Assembly (NCBI GenBank): GCA_030041275.1
Contig: JASHOE010000287.1
Location: forward strand, 12,041-76,040
Direction: 5' to 3'
From: Streptosporangiaceae bacterium
GTDB lineage: Bacteria; Actinomycetota; Actinomycetes; Streptosporangiales; Streptosporangiaceae
Length of the DNA: 64,000 nt
The notes under the pieces are model-generated. The model was not told where the DNA came from and did not search any database. It saw nothing but the letters and a program-made list of their open reading frames with translations. Shown here in pieces: positions 63,108 to 64,000 of the stretch. Each line of letters begins with the position of its first letter. Position 1 is the stretch's first letter. Position numbers and translations under genes: made by a program.

Positions 63108-63785
63108 CTAGTGGCTCGGTGTCGGGACGCCCGGCGCAGCGGCCCCCGGCACCGGATCCGCCGCGACCACAGCGGCTGCCTCCGCCAGGAAGCAGTGAGC
63201 GCGGCCGAACGCCTCCCCGACCGGCCGGTCCGCCAGCCGGTGCTGGTAAGCCTCGTAGCGATCGAGCTCCCATTCCTGGGCACGCGGCTGCAGCGTGCCA
63301 AGCGTCGGGCATGGCAGGCGATGCCAGGTCCAGCTCCCCGCCTGTCCCCTGGCGCTGCTCCGGCGGCTCGTCGCCGCCCGGACGAAGTCCACATGATCGA
63401 TGTCGTGACCCATGTGATTGCGGACGAACCGCAGGCCCGCCAGGGTCTCCTCGATTACCTGCCGGTCGCGTGCCCCGGCGAGTACCTGATCGTAGGCGTC
63501 GGGGTGATAGCGAACCATGGTGGCGTCGACGATCGTGACCCACCAGACGGCCTCGCCGATCACCGTGATGGCCCGGGCCCCGTCCCACGCCTTGACTCGC
63601 GGCAAGCGGTCGATGGTCTCCGCCATGGCCGCAAAAGACCAGTCCAGGGCGCTCGCCTCGCCGGGCGGGTACTTCGTCCTGCCGCGGTTCCAGGCCACCC
63701 GGCACCGGCTCGAGCAGAACCGGCCGTGCTCACGCCGCGGCTCAAACATGGTGCCGCACTGCTCGCAGGCTCGGATCTCCGCCAT
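63108..63785 (-). CDS. Hypothetical protein with N-terminal zinc-ribbon-like CxxC...CxxxC motif
   Basis: 225-aa ORF with a coding-like composition. CEQCGTMFEPRREHGRFCSSRCRVAWNR at the N-terminus. I do not recognise the remainder. Confidence 0.55.
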   Translation of the reverse strand: MAEIRACEQCGTMFEPRREHGRFCSSRCRVAWNRGRTKYPPGEASALDWSFAAMAETIDRLPRVKAWDGARAITVIGEAVWWVTIVDATMVRYHPDAYDQVLAGARDRQVIEETLAGLRFVRNHMGHDIDHVDFVRAATSRRSSARGQAGSWTWHRLPCPTLGTLQPRAQEWELDRYEAYQHRLADRPVGEAFGRAHCFLAEAAAVVAADPVPGAAAPGVPTPSH

Positions 63786-63793
63786 GACTCTAG

Positions 63794-63805
63794 GTTACGC
63801 GTAAC
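63794..63805. promoter_or_regulatory. Perfect 12-bp palindrome GTTACGCGTAAC immediately upstream of the zinc-ribbon gene; part of a ~28-nt motif repeated at 63918-63943
   Basis: Read directly. Copy A is GGTTACGCGTAACTCGGCACGGTGTAGC (63793-63820). Copy B is GGTT-GCGTAACTTGGCGCGGTCTAGC (63918-63943). Confidence 0.3.
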
Positions 63806-64000
63806 TCGGCACGGTGTAGCCACCGCCAGCTGCCAGGGCCCGGAGCTGGCCTAAGCCGCGTACCCGATGACTCTCGTTCACCTTTCATTCATCTTTTAGT
63901 CGGTTAGTAGACGTCTCGGTTGCGTAACTTGGCGCGGTCTAGCGGAAACCTCCCGGTCGGCGGAGCCCGGTCTGGCCGACCAACGAGCCGCAGACGCAGC

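Overview
All calls come from reading the sequence and the ORF translations. No database search, covariance model or folding program was run, and domain or family names are motif recognition from memory.

The window looks like a very GC-rich chromosomal core segment of an actinobacterium (Actinomycetota). Nearly every real gene from 147 to 55760 is on the minus strand, and many are translationally coupled through ATGA/GTGA overlaps. Most long ORFs on the opposite strand are typical high-GC shadow ORFs.

Recognisable housekeeping genes, in window order:
- a zinc-type oxidoreductase and an aldo/keto reductase
- der-cmk-tyrA-aroH, rluB, scpB-scpA, and a ParA-like ATPase
- xerD, ald, a NUDIX hydrolase, pyrG, uvrB, coaE, rpsA and polA
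- a REC-ANTAR regulator (pdtaR-like), lgt, gltD-gltB and trpA-trpB-trpC with trp-associated membrane proteins

More accessory content:
- two XRE/DUF5753-type regulators converging on one DUF397 gene
- a PadR regulator paired with a membrane protein
- VOC, DUF402-like and tandem-GNAT proteins
- an ECF sigma factor with a fused SnoaL-like C-terminal domain
- a signal-less penicillin-acylase-family Ntn hydrolase
- a hotdog thioesterase and an SDR
- a four-gene ABC module with two giant double-FtsX permeases and two ATPases
- a PotABCD-like importer coupled to a metallophosphoesterase
- a RimJ-like GNAT and a zinc-ribbon hypothetical protein

I saw no rRNA, CRISPR array, transposase or phage integrase.

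Items most worth a second look:
1. A 75-nt tRNA-like gene (34796-34870) with a Leu CAA anticodon loop but no long variable arm, followed by a 21-bp strand-specific hairpin.
2. A 7 x 18-bp tandem array inside an unusually long 513-bp convergent intergenic gap (33593-34105).
3. The paired giant FtsX permease / dual ATPase module directly downstream of lgt.
4. The importer-metallophosphoesterase cluster.

I cannot show that any of these is a new system; they are leads.
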